The notes under the pieces were generated by a model that worked only from the letters and a program-made list of their open reading frames with translations, made no database searches and had not been told where the DNA came from. The position numbers and the translations under genes are program-made. Below are positions 28,001 through 37,467 of a DNA stretch of 64,000 nt, piece by piece. The stretch lies in the NCBI GenBank assembly GCA_963700145.1, contig OY969474.1, positions 2,784,001 through 2,848,000 on the forward strand. The letters are read 5' to 3'. Within the stretch, counting starts at the first letter, position 1. Each line of letters starts with the position of its first letter. Origin of the DNA: an uncultured Acidobacteriota bacterium (GTDB lineage: Bacteria > Acidobacteriota > Thermoanaerobaculia > Multivoradales > UBA5704).

Positions 28001-30691
28001 GCTTCGGAAGGTGACTACGACGGCAGCCGCCGTGCCTCCGAGACCGCGCTGGCGATCTTCGACAAAGCCCAAAAGATCTCTCCCGACGACGCGGCGAGGG
28101 TAAAGAGCGCTCTTGCCCCTGTGCTCACTCAGCAGGGCGAGTATGCGCGGGCTCGCCGGCTCGCGCAGGGGTCCTTGGAGACCCTTCGCAACCTGCTGGG
28201 ACCGGGTCATCCAGACGTCGGTGACGCTCTACGCAATCTCGGTGACATGCTTCAACAACAGGGAGAATGTCCGGCAGCCATCGACGCATATCGGTCGGGA
28301 TTAGCCGTGACTGAGCAGGCTCTGGGGGCCGATCATCCACAAGCCGGGCTCATCCTCCGCGGCCTGGGCGTGGCTCTCCGCTGCAAGGGGGATCTGGTCG
28401 CGGCGCGCGAAACCCTGGAGCGAGCGAGGAGAATTCTCGGAGCCTCTTTGGGCGAAGAAGCCCCGGTTGTGGGCGAAATCTTGTTCCACCTGGGGCTGCT
28501 TCGTACCAGTCAGGGAGACCTGGAGCCTGGCGAGGCGCTAATCAGCCGCGCGGCAGGAATCTTCGAATCCAGTTTTGGTCCAGATCATCCCGGCCTGATC
28601 GCCATCCTCTCCAACCTCGCCATTCAGCGATCTCTGCTCCAGCGGCGAGAGGAGTCAGCCGCACTCCTAGACAAGGCTATGAAGATCCAGTCTACTCGGG
28701 AGCGTGAGAGTAGTGCATCTTCCGTGGGTTTGCTGTGCCATATCGCGTCGGCACAGGCTGCCACCTCGCATGCGGATTCGGCCAAGGCCACCTACGAACG
28801 AGCCCTTGAAGGCCTAGGAGAGCTTGGTCGGGCTTCCGGGTTGGAAGCGATGGGACTGCTCATGGGCCACGGTGCAGCAAGCCTGGTGGCGGGAGATCTC
28901 AAAGCAGCCAGGACCTCCTACGTGTCAGCTCAGGGTATGGCCGCGAAGGCCTTGGGCGCCGACGACCCTAGATTGGGGCTGATCGTTGGCAATCTTGGGC
29001 TCGTGGATTGGCGAGAGGGAAAGCGGGCCTCGGCGCGCCGGAGGCTTCTCCGCGCGGCCGATATCCTCCGCCACGGCACGGAAACTCTGCTGCCGTCGTT
29101 GTCTTTTGCCGAGCAACGCGCCTTCCTGGGCACTCTCGTGGGGTATCCGGTTCCCTATCTTCTCTCCTTTCTTAGGGGAGGGACGGACCTGAAAGGCGCG
29201 GCTGCACGAGTACTTCCCTTGAAGGGGTTGCTTGTCGAGTCTCTGCGGAGAGAGGCGGTCCTCACTAAGACGGCAGCGCTCGAGCCGCACTTGGCGCCCC
29301 GCGTGGAGCGGCTGCGCGAACTGCGCATGGAGATCAGCGGGTTGCATACGGCCCAATCGGCGAACCAAGGTGAGTTCAGGCTACGGCTGCGCGAGCTAAG
29401 CAGGGAGAAGGAGCAGATTGAGCGGGACCTCGTAAGGATGGATTTGGGAACGGGTCTCGAAGACCCCATGAAAGGGATCGACGATCGTTTCGTCCAGCGC
29501 CTGCTGGCGCCGGACGAAGCGATCGTCGATGTATACCGGTACCAGGACCTTTCCGGCAACAAGCCAGTTGATCAGTACGGAGCTGTTGTGATCACGCCGC
29601 GGCGTGATCCGGTCCTTGTCAGCCTGGGTCGCGTCACAGAGGTTCACATGACCCTTCAGTACTGGTGGAACCTCGTGCTCTACGCGAGCGCAGGTGTCGA
29701 TACTACCGACGCCGCCTGGCAGGCTCTCGCGGACAGGCTTTGGGCGCCCATCGTATCCAAGCTGGCGCCGGCGACGCGACGGATTTGGATAAGCCCGGAT
29801 GACGAACTCTCCCGAATTCCCTGGCAGCTGTTTCCCCCGACTGGAAGCGGCCACCCTTCGCGCCTGGTAACCCAGATCGACTCGGTACGCGAGCTGGTGC
29901 GCCTGAGAAACCACGGCCAACCCGCCGCTAGTCCCGTCAGGCCGGTCGCTCTGATCGCAGGCGGTATCGATTTCGACGTTGGTGCTGGGGATTCGGACCG
30001 ACGTTTCGCGCCGCTTCCAGCCAGCGCGGCTGAGGCCGAGGCCATCCGTGACCTGGGACTGCGCGAGGGGTTCGATGTGAGGCTCCTCGCGGGAGCGGCG
30101 GCGAGCAAGAAAGAGATCCTCGACCGTCTGCCACAGGCCGACTACGTGCATGTTGCGACCCATGGATTCTTCGCAAGGAGTGCGCCAGCCGCGGACTCCG
30201 CCGATCTCTCCGCAGCATTTGGCGGGCTGCGGGAACCTTGGATGGAGTTGCTGGGCCAGGCACGCAACCCCCTCGCAGAGTCTGGGATCGCAGTGGCCGG
30301 GGCAAATCGGCGGCCGTCGGCAACCGGGGAGTCCACGGGCGTCCTTACAGCAGAGGAACTGGTCGGTCTCGACCTAGGCCGCGTCCGTGTCCTGACGCTC
30401 TCCGGGTGCGAGACGGGACGCGGCGAAGAGGCGACAGGGCAGGGCGTTCTTGGCCTGCGCGCGGCCCTCCTCGCCGCGGGCGCGAGAAGCTTGATCATGT
30501 CAGTCTGGAAGGTACCGGACGAGGCGACCCAGGAACTGATGCGGCGGTTCTATGCCAATCTTTGGGAGCGGAAGCTACCACGGCTCGCAGCTCTCCTCGC
30601 AGCCCAGAAGGACCTGCGGGAGGATCCTTCCGGAAAATTCACTGCTCCGTTGAACTGGGCGGGTTGGATCCTCGTCGGCGAGGGCTGGTAA
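25088..30691 (+). CDS. Giant TPR-repeat protein with C-terminal CHAT (caspase-like) protease domain
   Basis: Many kinesin-light-chain-like TPRs (LGPxHP); catalytic motifs HVATHG and LSGCETG; SVWKVPD, WAGWILVG. Start uncertain. Confidence 0.93.
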   Translation: MLFLWLSADAVLGPKPPVESSWVLGSEGLHASEMSGAEPRSVPDEVSDRDDKVRSLLEAGKYRDAIAFARELVAREKASAGPSLAGHLHWLGSALNSCSQYREARPLLERAVEIKQQMRPRDGLGLASSLIELARALVGLGDFPAAAIRLGAALSLLEKEGGSETRILADALSVRASLFLSQARYREAKPLLERALAIRRRIGLESDAGRSLAQLASLFGEQRDRTGALPLIEESLAILERTLGPGHPALVPPLTLLAWSRIEKRETAQAQALVSRQIQIAEDACGPSNSLSVSALLQRAWLHLLVHDTSAARADADEAIRIQEASIGAASPRLAAWLRLQGDVLVEAGDINGAELALRRSLELARVPGGEVLTAATTTSLGALSLAQGKPEEARELFERSLGIYDAQLGPGHPLSLVDLQLLIGIALSRGEDGGKIAPLLERAIPLAEKVYGPDHLGAAQMTLLLVPILGRRGEVWLAEIQAIKAFQVLERKLGPASADLAQPLIVLGQAETAKGDFGAARSHFDRAVALFRSRFGDLHPATAAARLQLAQLFESQGDLAGAGVLYKAAATVLATHLGPDHPAAVQATAGSASVALRSGKVEEAAQLYDLAIASLERALGAEAASLAPLLATRAAIYQLQGQLTRAEATFVRATESVGRDSSEVLLRAQIDAGRASVLGEMARPSEARRLFEQAVDVLDAGGDSLALASVLQQQGSFLLAQASYGDAAGAFERAYLIIQKLGGADHALGGHSLVGRGVVEEARGDFAAARTSYDAALSLWQTHWGAEHPYVAQALMHLGQLAMHLGDFEAAEETFRRSLAIQKTIAGAPRPAVGQALLALGNVRSKRGDYPAARAFIEESLTIAQEAFGPTDPRLAAPFNSLGVLLREQGRFRESAAALDHARQLLEDARQTDSLHYAAVLENLGGCFLSMGRFREARPLLERALAKRRERMGPEHPDIARSLGALASLLASEGDYDGSRRASETALAIFDKAQKISPDDAARVKSALAPVLTQQGEYARARRLAQGSLETLRNLLGPGHPDVGDALRNLGDMLQQQGECPAAIDAYRSGLAVTEQALGADHPQAGLILRGLGVALRCKGDLVAARETLERARRILGASLGEEAPVVGEILFHLGLLRTSQGDLEPGEALISRAAGIFESSFGPDHPGLIAILSNLAIQRSLLQRREESAALLDKAMKIQSTRERESSASSVGLLCHIASAQAATSHADSAKATYERALEGLGELGRASGLEAMGLLMGHGAASLVAGDLKAARTSYVSAQGMAAKALGADDPRLGLIVGNLGLVDWREGKRASARRRLLRAADILRHGTETLLPSLSFAEQRAFLGTLVGYPVPYLLSFLRGGTDLKGAAARVLPLKGLLVESLRREAVLTKTAALEPHLAPRVERLRELRMEISGLHTAQSANQGEFRLRLRELSREKEQIERDLVRMDLGTGLEDPMKGIDDRFVQRLLAPDEAIVDVYRYQDLSGNKPVDQYGAVVITPRRDPVLVSLGRVTEVHMTLQYWWNLVLYASAGVDTTDAAWQALADRLWAPIVSKLAPATRRIWISPDDELSRIPWQLFPPTGSGHPSRLVTQIDSVRELVRLRNHGQPAASPVRPVALIAGGIDFDVGAGDSDRRFAPLPASAAEAEAIRDLGLREGFDVRLLAGAAASKKEILDRLPQADYVHVATHGFFARSAPAADSADLSAAFGGLREPWMELLGQARNPLAESGIAVAGANRRPSATGESTGVLTAEELVGLDLGRVRVLTLSGCETGRGEEATGQGVLGLRAALLAAGARSLIMSVWKVPDEATQELMRRFYANLWERKLPRLAALLAAQKDLREDPSGKFTAPLNWAGWILVGEGW

Positions 30692-30701
30692 GAGTTCGAC
30701 C

Positions 30702-33700
30702 TCATTTAGCAAGGGCAGACCTAAACTCGATATCTTCGCCGTGACATACCTGCGCCTCCGGCTCCTGATCGACCTGGGAAACGGAGGTTACGCCGGGCGC
30801 CATCCTTTTTTTCTGGGCCCGTTTCGCCCTTACCGGGGACCGCGGAAAAAGCTCGGCATGCAGCGGCGAGGGCCTGTCCAGTTCCCGCTCACTGGTCCCG
30901 TTGCCCAATCCTTCGTCCCGAGCCCGGTCAAGACCGGTCAGCATGAAGGCTGCCCAGAAAAAGGGCAAGCGCCATTCCGGCCGTGCCAGGATCTCGAGCT
31001 GCGCGGCCCGCAGTGCCGTTGCGGCCGGCTCTCCCTGCCGCAGCCGGCGATGCAGTGCCACCATCAACGCCGCCGTGGCTCGGTCATCGATGCGCCAGAG
31101 TGTCGAGATCGCAGCCGGAGCGCCCGCAGCGAGCAATGCGCGGCTCAGGCTGACGATATCGTCCCCCTCGCTACGCTCTCCCAGGGCGGTGTCGCAGGCG
31201 GACAACACCACCACGCGCGTGGTGGAGAGATCAAGATTGAAAATCTCATGGACCTCAAGCCGACCATCCTGCCCACCACCCGGGGCGAGATCAACGCGGC
31301 TGAACAGCGGATGCACAGGATCATAGACACCATGAGCCGCCAGATGGAGGACGCCGGCCCGCCCCGCTTCTCTCCGGACCAGAGCCTCGCTGGCAGCAAT
31401 GCCGCGATAGACCGGTGCACCGTAGAGGGCCGCGACCGCCTCCGCCTCCTCGCCAGCCTCGGGCAAGCTCCCGTCGGGGTTGCCCAGCACCAGGGCTCCC
31501 CCCGCCGCCGGCTTTCCCTGCGCGACGAAGCGCAAGACGCTGGCGCTGGGCGCTAACGAAAGAGTGTGATCCTCGATCAGGAAACGGCCGGACGGCTTGC
31601 GGAGAGCGGCGAAAGGAAGGTAATGCAACGGCCCATGCGGGACGACAACGAGGTTCTCGTGGCGCAGGAACGGCTCGAGGGGACCCAAGAGAGCCGCATA
31701 CAGCTCCAGTACACCCAGGTCGTCTTCCCTGCGACCGGCTAGTTGGTCCCGCAGCGTCTTCACCTTGTTCTGAAGATCCCCGGCGGCGACCGGCAGCTCC
31801 ACGAGATCCATGGTTTCCCGGTCGATCACCCAAGCCAGCGTTCGGCGATCGAGAACGAAGAATTCGATCAGCGTAGTCTTGGCGGGCAGGAGTCGCTGGA
31901 CCTCCTCCCGGCCTGCGACTTGGACGCTGATCAGGGACGCATATTCCGGGCTCGCCCGCTTGAGCCGGTCTAGCACCCCCTCGTACGCCCGGCTCGCCTC
32001 CTCCTCCGCTCGAGCGTCCTCTACGGCTTCGTGTTCGGCGTTTGTGCCGCTCGGGCGCACCCGGCGACGTGCGCGAGCGTCTTCAAGCCTCTGCCGCGCC
32101 GTCTGCCACTCAGCGATCAGGTTTGGCGGAACTCCTTGGAGATCGATCCGGCGATTGCCGATCTGGTTTAGGAAGGCTCGGGCACGCGCCCGTTCTGCGA
32201 ACTCGAATGCCCGGTCGGGCTGGTTGAGATCAACGGCCAGCTCGATGGCACGTGTGTAGAGGGGAGCCTGCCGGCCGGCAAACGAGGAAACGAGCTGATC
32301 CAGCCGTATCTCTCCGAGGATCTCCTCAGTTGCATCGATGGCCTGGCGGTAGGCGTCGAGAGCTTCCTGTTTCTTGCCCTGCCGCTGGTAGATCGCGGCG
32401 ATGCCGCTCAGAGCCAGAGGACGGGACTGATCAACTTCCTTTGCAGACGCGAGCCGGTAGGCTTCGAGCGCTCTTTCGTCTCTTCCCGCGGCAGAGAATA
32501 AATCGCCCCACCAGAGATCCTGCCATCCGTCCCCCTGGATCCCGCAGGACTTGCCGAGTTGCGGAGGCGCTGGCAGCCTCAGCGCACGCGCTGCTCCGAG
32601 CTCGCGCACCAAGTCGTATCTAGGGCCGGAAGCCGAGCTCTCTTCGTCGGTAGGGAACCAGAGCTGTATGAGCCTTAGATCGGTCGCCTCCACGATATCC
32701 CACGCTTGCCGGTACTCTTCTGCTGCCCTTTCCGCGCTGCCGTCGAGCGCATAGATACGGCCCAGAAAGTCGTAGATCTCGACCTCACAAGGCAGGGCCG
32801 CGATCGCGTCGGCGTTCACCTGCCCGATTCTCTTCACGGCCTCTTGGGTTTTCCGGAACTGCCCCCGAAGGAAACCCTCCATCCAAGGCCACTGGATCAA
32901 GGGAGGAGAGCCGGCGAGCGATGCGGCTCTGAGACCGAAGCGTTCGGCCTCCTCCTTTTGCAGATCCTCCCAAACCATTTGCCGAAGGCGGGCGAGGTCA
33001 GGGTCAGTGGGCTCAGGGACCACAGTTACGGCAGGAGGTTGGTCCATTGCGGTGAGGGCCTGCTCACCGACGCGGCCGCTCTTGAAGTCCTCCACCAACG
33101 GGCGTATGGCTTCCAGATAGTGCTCGTAGGCGTGAGGGTCCGCGCGCTGGCGCAACGCGCGGAGGCCTGGAAGCGACGCCTCAAGGTGCTGGGCAGCCTC
33201 CCGGTAGCGCCCGAGGATATAGCTTAGACGGCCAAGGCGCAGGCTCTCTGCCACCTCTTGTAAGAACGGGAGGTTTGGGGGCCGCACCTCCCGCGCTCGT
33301 ATGAGATTAGCGAGAGCCTCTTCATAGAGCCCGAGCGGTTCCTGCGCCTTGGAGAGGAGGTCGAGGGCACCTGCCTGACCCCGAGGATCGCGCAGGCGAT
33401 GAAAGATCTCCGCCGAGCGCGCCAGTGGATCGAGGCCTTTGCGTGGCAGCCGGCGGTTCAGCTTGAGCTCGCCTAGAGCGAAAAGCGCCGCCGCCTCCGT
33501 TCGCTGATCGCCGAGGTCCAGGCTGATCTCCAGGGCTCGGCGGATGTGTGCCTCACCGGTGACAGGATCAATCAATAGTAGCCGCCCCAGGCGGGTACGG
33601 ACAGCGGCCTCGAGGCTACGGTCGCCGGAGCTGCGGGTCCGACGCAAGGCTGCGTTCAGCTCGTCCTGGAGGCCAGGATTCCAGGTCGTTCCATCGAAAG

Positions 33701-33842
33701 TGGCGTCAACTCGCTCGAGCAGCTCCTGGATGACATCCGCGGCCTTCCTCGCTGTGGCAAGCGGGGATTGACCCCGATCTGGAATAGCGGCAGAGAAGAC
33801 CAAGAAAACCATCCAGCACCAAGCCTTTCTCGGGATGCCCAC
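30702..33842 (-). CDS. TPR-CHAT caspase-like protease with signal-like N-terminus
   Basis: AERARAR, LHYLPFAAL, HLAAHG, LSACDT, FFWAAF; RBS AGGAGG before GTG 33842. Confidence 0.93.
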   Translation of the reverse strand: MGIPRKAWCWMVFLVFSAAIPDRGQSPLATARKAADVIQELLERVDATFDGTTWNPGLQDELNAALRRTRSSGDRSLEAAVRTRLGRLLLIDPVTGEAHIRRALEISLDLGDQRTEAAALFALGELKLNRRLPRKGLDPLARSAEIFHRLRDPRGQAGALDLLSKAQEPLGLYEEALANLIRAREVRPPNLPFLQEVAESLRLGRLSYILGRYREAAQHLEASLPGLRALRQRADPHAYEHYLEAIRPLVEDFKSGRVGEQALTAMDQPPAVTVVPEPTDPDLARLRQMVWEDLQKEEAERFGLRAASLAGSPPLIQWPWMEGFLRGQFRKTQEAVKRIGQVNADAIAALPCEVEIYDFLGRIYALDGSAERAAEEYRQAWDIVEATDLRLIQLWFPTDEESSASGPRYDLVRELGAARALRLPAPPQLGKSCGIQGDGWQDLWWGDLFSAAGRDERALEAYRLASAKEVDQSRPLALSGIAAIYQRQGKKQEALDAYRQAIDATEEILGEIRLDQLVSSFAGRQAPLYTRAIELAVDLNQPDRAFEFAERARARAFLNQIGNRRIDLQGVPPNLIAEWQTARQRLEDARARRRVRPSGTNAEHEAVEDARAEEEASRAYEGVLDRLKRASPEYASLISVQVAGREEVQRLLPAKTTLIEFFVLDRRTLAWVIDRETMDLVELPVAAGDLQNKVKTLRDQLAGRREDDLGVLELYAALLGPLEPFLRHENLVVVPHGPLHYLPFAALRKPSGRFLIEDHTLSLAPSASVLRFVAQGKPAAGGALVLGNPDGSLPEAGEEAEAVAALYGAPVYRGIAASEALVRREAGRAGVLHLAAHGVYDPVHPLFSRVDLAPGGGQDGRLEVHEIFNLDLSTTRVVVLSACDTALGERSEGDDIVSLSRALLAAGAPAAISTLWRIDDRATAALMVALHRRLRQGEPAATALRAAQLEILARPEWRLPFFWAAFMLTGLDRARDEGLGNGTSERELDRPSPLHAELFPRSPVRAKRAQKKRMAPGVTSVSQVDQEPEAQVCHGEDIEFRSALAK

Positions 33843-34019
33843 GGATTGACCCCCTCCTCCTGAAGCCTGAAGAGCCAACAGCTCTCACCGTGAAATGCGT
33901 GCCGTGCCTAGGACACAGCGGCTGTGCCGGTGTTTAGAAGTCGAGGCGGGCATTGGTAACTGCCGAAGGATAGATTACCGGCAGCTGGGAGCCGGCACCC
34001 GCGAAGGCTCAATTCGTTT

Positions 34020-35198
34020 TCACTTTAGAACGCGGCCCGCTGCTTTTTCTGCCGCCTGTCGTGCCGCGTCCTCCTCCTCCCCGAGCCTAAGCTGAGAGTA
34101 CAGCTCACGTGCCTCGCGGAAAGATGCTGCGGCATCCCAGTACGTGCCGCGGGCGTAAGCGATCCGGCCCAGTCCGAAGGCTGCCGCCGCGCGAATGGAA
34201 GGCGCGCCATCTGTATGCGCCTCTCGGTAGTACGGCTCCGCAAGGAAGTGCAGGCCCATGGCGAAATCGAGGTCGGCTAGGGTTATGCGCAATTCTGCGG
34301 TGGGAGCGGCAGCTAGAGCTCGCCGATACAGATCGACGGCGTCCGCGTACAGGCCTTTCTCGGCGAGCAGGCCCGCCCGAGCCGCGTCGAGGGCGGCACC
34401 TTCGAGGCCGATGCTCTCGAGATCGCGGAGCTGACGCTCCAGCGCGACGGCTTCCGCAATCTCTTGCGTTCGCACCTGCACCGGATCATTCGAGTGCCAG
34501 GGCTCTGCAACTCCACTCCGTGCCGCGATCCTGAGAAAAAAGATCTCTCCCGGCGGCAGATCCGGACGGTCCTCCGGCCATCGCAGCGAGCAGATGACCA
34601 TCCCCTTCGGCTCCTCAGTGCAGGTGACCTCTCCGGCCTGGAGGCGAACATCATGACCGCTGGCGCCGCGCCCGTTCCATCGCACTTCGTAGTCGGTCGC
34701 TGAAGTCACGCGGCTCCAGGAGGCCGTTGGACGTGGCGATCGCAGGACCGTATTGCGCGGTCTCAGCACGACCGGAGCGAGCGGGTCATCGCCATCGTCG
34801 CTCCGCATCTCCCGCTCGAGCACCAGGAGGCCCTCGACCACTTTGAAGCGCCCTCCTTGCGGTGCGATCAGGGAGTACTCGCCGGGCGTTAGCTCTTTGC
34901 CCGCGGCGCAGGCCGGCTCCGTCAGCGACCAGGAAGCAGGACCGCGGACATGAACGAAGTGGCGGTCGGAGCACACAATGCCGGCGGAGCCATCTTTGGG
35001 GACATAGATACTGACCCCCTCCTGGATCACCTGCCAGGGACTGGCCAGGGGAAGATCGCCGGCCCCAGGGCCAACGGCCTCGACAGCTCCCTGAATTTGG
35101 GTGATAACGCCGTGTAATGCCCTGGGCGGCGGTTGCTCCGCGCCGGCTGCCGCCAACCCGACCAAGAGGAACAACGCCGCCATGGATCTCAACGACAT
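34020..35198 (-). CDS. Secreted protein with beta-rich N-terminus (DUF928-like region) and C-terminal TPRs
   Basis: RBS GAGGAG, ATG 35198, signal peptide; PVVLRPRNTVLRSPRPTASW; TPR tail. The DUF928 resemblance is tentative. Confidence 0.8.
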   Translation of the reverse strand: MSLRSMAALFLLVGLAAAGAEQPPPRALHGVITQIQGAVEAVGPGAGDLPLASPWQVIQEGVSIYVPKDGSAGIVCSDRHFVHVRGPASWSLTEPACAAGKELTPGEYSLIAPQGGRFKVVEGLLVLEREMRSDDGDDPLAPVVLRPRNTVLRSPRPTASWSRVTSATDYEVRWNGRGASGHDVRLQAGEVTCTEEPKGMVICSLRWPEDRPDLPPGEIFFLRIAARSGVAEPWHSNDPVQVRTQEIAEAVALERQLRDLESIGLEGAALDAARAGLLAEKGLYADAVDLYRRALAAAPTAELRITLADLDFAMGLHFLAEPYYREAHTDGAPSIRAAAAFGLGRIAYARGTYWDAAASFREARELYSQLRLGEEEDAARQAAEKAAGRVLK

Positions 35199-35214
35199 CA
35201 GTCTGGGCTCCTCA

Positions 35215-36447
35215 TTAGGAAGAACAATGATGCTTCGCGGCGACCGCCTCCACGTGTGGCGCCCAAGGAGTGACCTTTGCCCCATCCAAGCGGCGGAACT
35301 CGTAAACCTGCCGGCAGGCTGACGGCACATTGCCAAGCTGATCGTAAGCTTGAATCAGCAGCCAGAACGTCTCGATCCGGCCAAGATCTCCAAGAACATA
35401 ACGGTTGCGCGCCTCCTCTAGGTGCGGGATTGCCGCCTGCGGTTGCCCAGCCCGCAGCTCCAATTCTCCATAGAGCCGATGCAACGCAGGCCGATCTGGG
35501 TCCAGGCGCAAGCCAGTAGAAAGGGCTGCCCTCGCCCTACTCAGCATGTTGAGGGCGAGAGCCGCATGCGCCAACTCGCCATAGGCGTCGACCCGCTCGG
35601 GTTCACGCACGCTAGCCTGCAGGAGAAACGGATACGCATCGGCGAACCTTTCCCTGCCGTTGAGGTAATGTCCAAGGTTGAACAGGTGCTCTGCCGAGTC
35701 CGGCCGCTGTTTCACCGCCGCTCGGTAGTGATCCTCGGCAGCCCGGACATCCCCAAGCCTCTCCTCGGTCGCTGCGAGATTAGAAAGAATCTCCGCCTTT
35801 CCGGGCGCGAGCTTCAGGGCGTCGCGAAATTGTTTCCGGGCCTCGGACCATTGTCCATGCTCGAAGAACGCCACGCCTTGTGTGACCAGCCGCTCCTTCC
35901 ACCAGTTGCAGCCCGCTATCCCCATAATTGTAGCCAGCAGGAGGCTCAGCAAGGCTGCGGTCGGCCAACCGGCCCAGTGTTCGCTGCGCTTGATGAACGG
36001 CCCCGGCAGCAACTCGCCACCTTCCCCGGGGCCGGGCACTTTGCCTCGTATGCCAGCAAGGAGCCTTCGGAAGGCCTCTTCATCGTCGATGCCGGCGCGG
36101 AAGTCAACCCAGGCCAGGAGGCGGAGGAAACGGGGAACCTCACCTTTAGTGGTCCAACCGGGCAGCAGCACTGGGATCACCCGGATCGATTGGTCGCGGA
36201 CCCGTTCGGCTAGCGCCGAACGCATCTCTTGATTCTGCCAGGGCCCGAGCTCCTTGCCGAGAAAGACAGCGCAGGTGCGACTCTCGTCGAGTGCTTCCTC
36301 CAGCGCCTCCTCCCAAGGGTCTCCGGGAATAAGGTGCCATTTGTCGAGGAACGGCTCAAGTTTTTCCTCCCGAAGCTTGCGAGCAATGTGCTCAATGGCT
36401 GGCTTATCGGCGTTGGCATGGCTGAGAAAAACGTCGTAGCGGGGCAT
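35215..36447 (-). CDS. TIR domain - transmembrane helix - TPR protein
   Basis: YDVFLSH, FLDKW, GPWQNQEM (putative catalytic Glu), IPVLLPG, WVDFR; TM AALLSLLLATIMGIAGC; about six TPRs. Confidence 0.93.
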   Translation of the reverse strand: MPRYDVFLSHANADKPAIEHIARKLREEKLEPFLDKWHLIPGDPWEEALEEALDESRTCAVFLGKELGPWQNQEMRSALAERVRDQSIRVIPVLLPGWTTKGEVPRFLRLLAWVDFRAGIDDEEAFRRLLAGIRGKVPGPGEGGELLPGPFIKRSEHWAGWPTAALLSLLLATIMGIAGCNWWKERLVTQGVAFFEHGQWSEARKQFRDALKLAPGKAEILSNLAATEERLGDVRAAEDHYRAAVKQRPDSAEHLFNLGHYLNGRERFADAYPFLLQASVREPERVDAYGELAHAALALNMLSRARAALSTGLRLDPDRPALHRLYGELELRAGQPQAAIPHLEEARNRYVLGDLGRIETFWLLIQAYDQLGNVPSACRQVYEFRRLDGAKVTPWAPHVEAVAAKHHCSS

Positions 36448-36712
36448 TCACAGTCCCCTTCCTGGGCTGTTGCAATCTTAGAGAATTACCTTGCCGTTTT
36501 GTACCCGACTCTCTCCTGCCAGTCCAGGGAAAGGCTTGTCGTGCGGCTAGCTCGACATGGTACGCACGCCGCGGTCGTGGTCTTACCTCTTGGCGGCTCC
36601 TCGAACGGCATGAGCTTTGTCGAACATCCGCTCCCGGAAGGAACGAGGGGGCCGCCGATGGGAGGAACGGAAAGAGGGATTGGCGGCAAGGAGTGGGCAG
36701 GTTGCCCACGGA

Positions 36713-36922
36713 TCAGCCGGCAGTGACGAGCTGCGTATCGACGAAGTGGTCCTCCAGCTCGGGATCGCCGTCTTCGAGAAGCATGGCAATGACTTCCTGG
36801 AGGTTCTGCTGGAGCTCGTCGAGGCTTTCGGCTTGGGAGTGCGCGCCGGCGAAGCCGGGCACATACCCGACGTAGAAGCCGGTGTCGGGGCACTTCTCGA
36901 CCACCGCTGTATACGTTCGCAT
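36713..36922 (-). CDS. hicB: Short HicB-family antitoxin
   Basis: MRTYTAVVEKCPDTGFYVGYVPGFAGAHSQAESLDELQQNLQEVIAMLLE. Confidence 0.9.
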   Translation of the reverse strand: MRTYTAVVEKCPDTGFYVGYVPGFAGAHSQAESLDELQQNLQEVIAMLLEDGDPELEDHFVDTQLVTAG

Positions 36923-36960
36923 GGCTCGGAAAGGATACACCCCTCGTCGGCCGAACGCCG

Positions 36961-37467
36961 TTAGACCACCACCCCGTTGAAGTGCACCGTGTTCCCGTTG
37001 AGGGTCACCGCGGCGCCTTGCCCGTTGTCGATGACGACCGTGGTGTCGATCAGGGAAATGCGCGCGCCGGCCGGCGTTTGCAAAGTGATGCCGCCCGCCG
37101 GACCCGGAACGTCGGAGATCACTAAAGCGTGGCCGCCTGGCGTCACGAGCGCGACCTGGCCGCTCCCCGGCGGCCCGGCCTGGACGACGGCGGGGAGCTC
37201 GGATGTCGCGCCCCACCAGCAGCCGCTCCAGATCGGGTAGTCGGGATCGCCCTGCTCGAACTCGATCCAGACGCCGGCGCCGGTTGGGGGAAGCGCGACG
37301 ATGCCGGCGCCGGTGCCGGCGTAGGGGACGGACGGCATCGCCCAGGTGGTGGGCGCGGCCCCCGCCACGTCCGGCACGACGGCCTGCAGCCGCGCCAGCC
37401 GCAGCGGATCGAGGGTGTTGACGACGGTCCCGCGGTACTTGCCAAAGTAGGGCGGCTCTGCGCTCAT
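36961..37467 (-). CDS. Baseplate assembly protein V / Gp5-OB spike protein (eCIS-type)
   Basis: YFGKYRGTVV..DP...R..VPDV, WAMP, GAGVWIEFEQGDPDYPIWSGCWW; ATG 37467. Confidence 0.88.
   Translation of the reverse strand: MSAEPPYFGKYRGTVVNTLDPLRLARLQAVVPDVAGAAPTTWAMPSVPYAGTGAGIVALPPTGAGVWIEFEQGDPDYPIWSGCWWGATSELPAVVQAGPPGSGQVALVTPGGHALVISDVPGPAGGITLQTPAGARISLIDTTVVIDNGQGAAVTLNGNTVHFNGVVV

Larger units (their letters stand above)
24950..36700. other. Lower-GC accessory island (TIR/TPR/CHAT locus)
   Basis: Visibly more A/T at third codon positions than flanking genes; bounded by decayed genes; no integrase seen; boundaries approximate. Confidence 0.65.
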
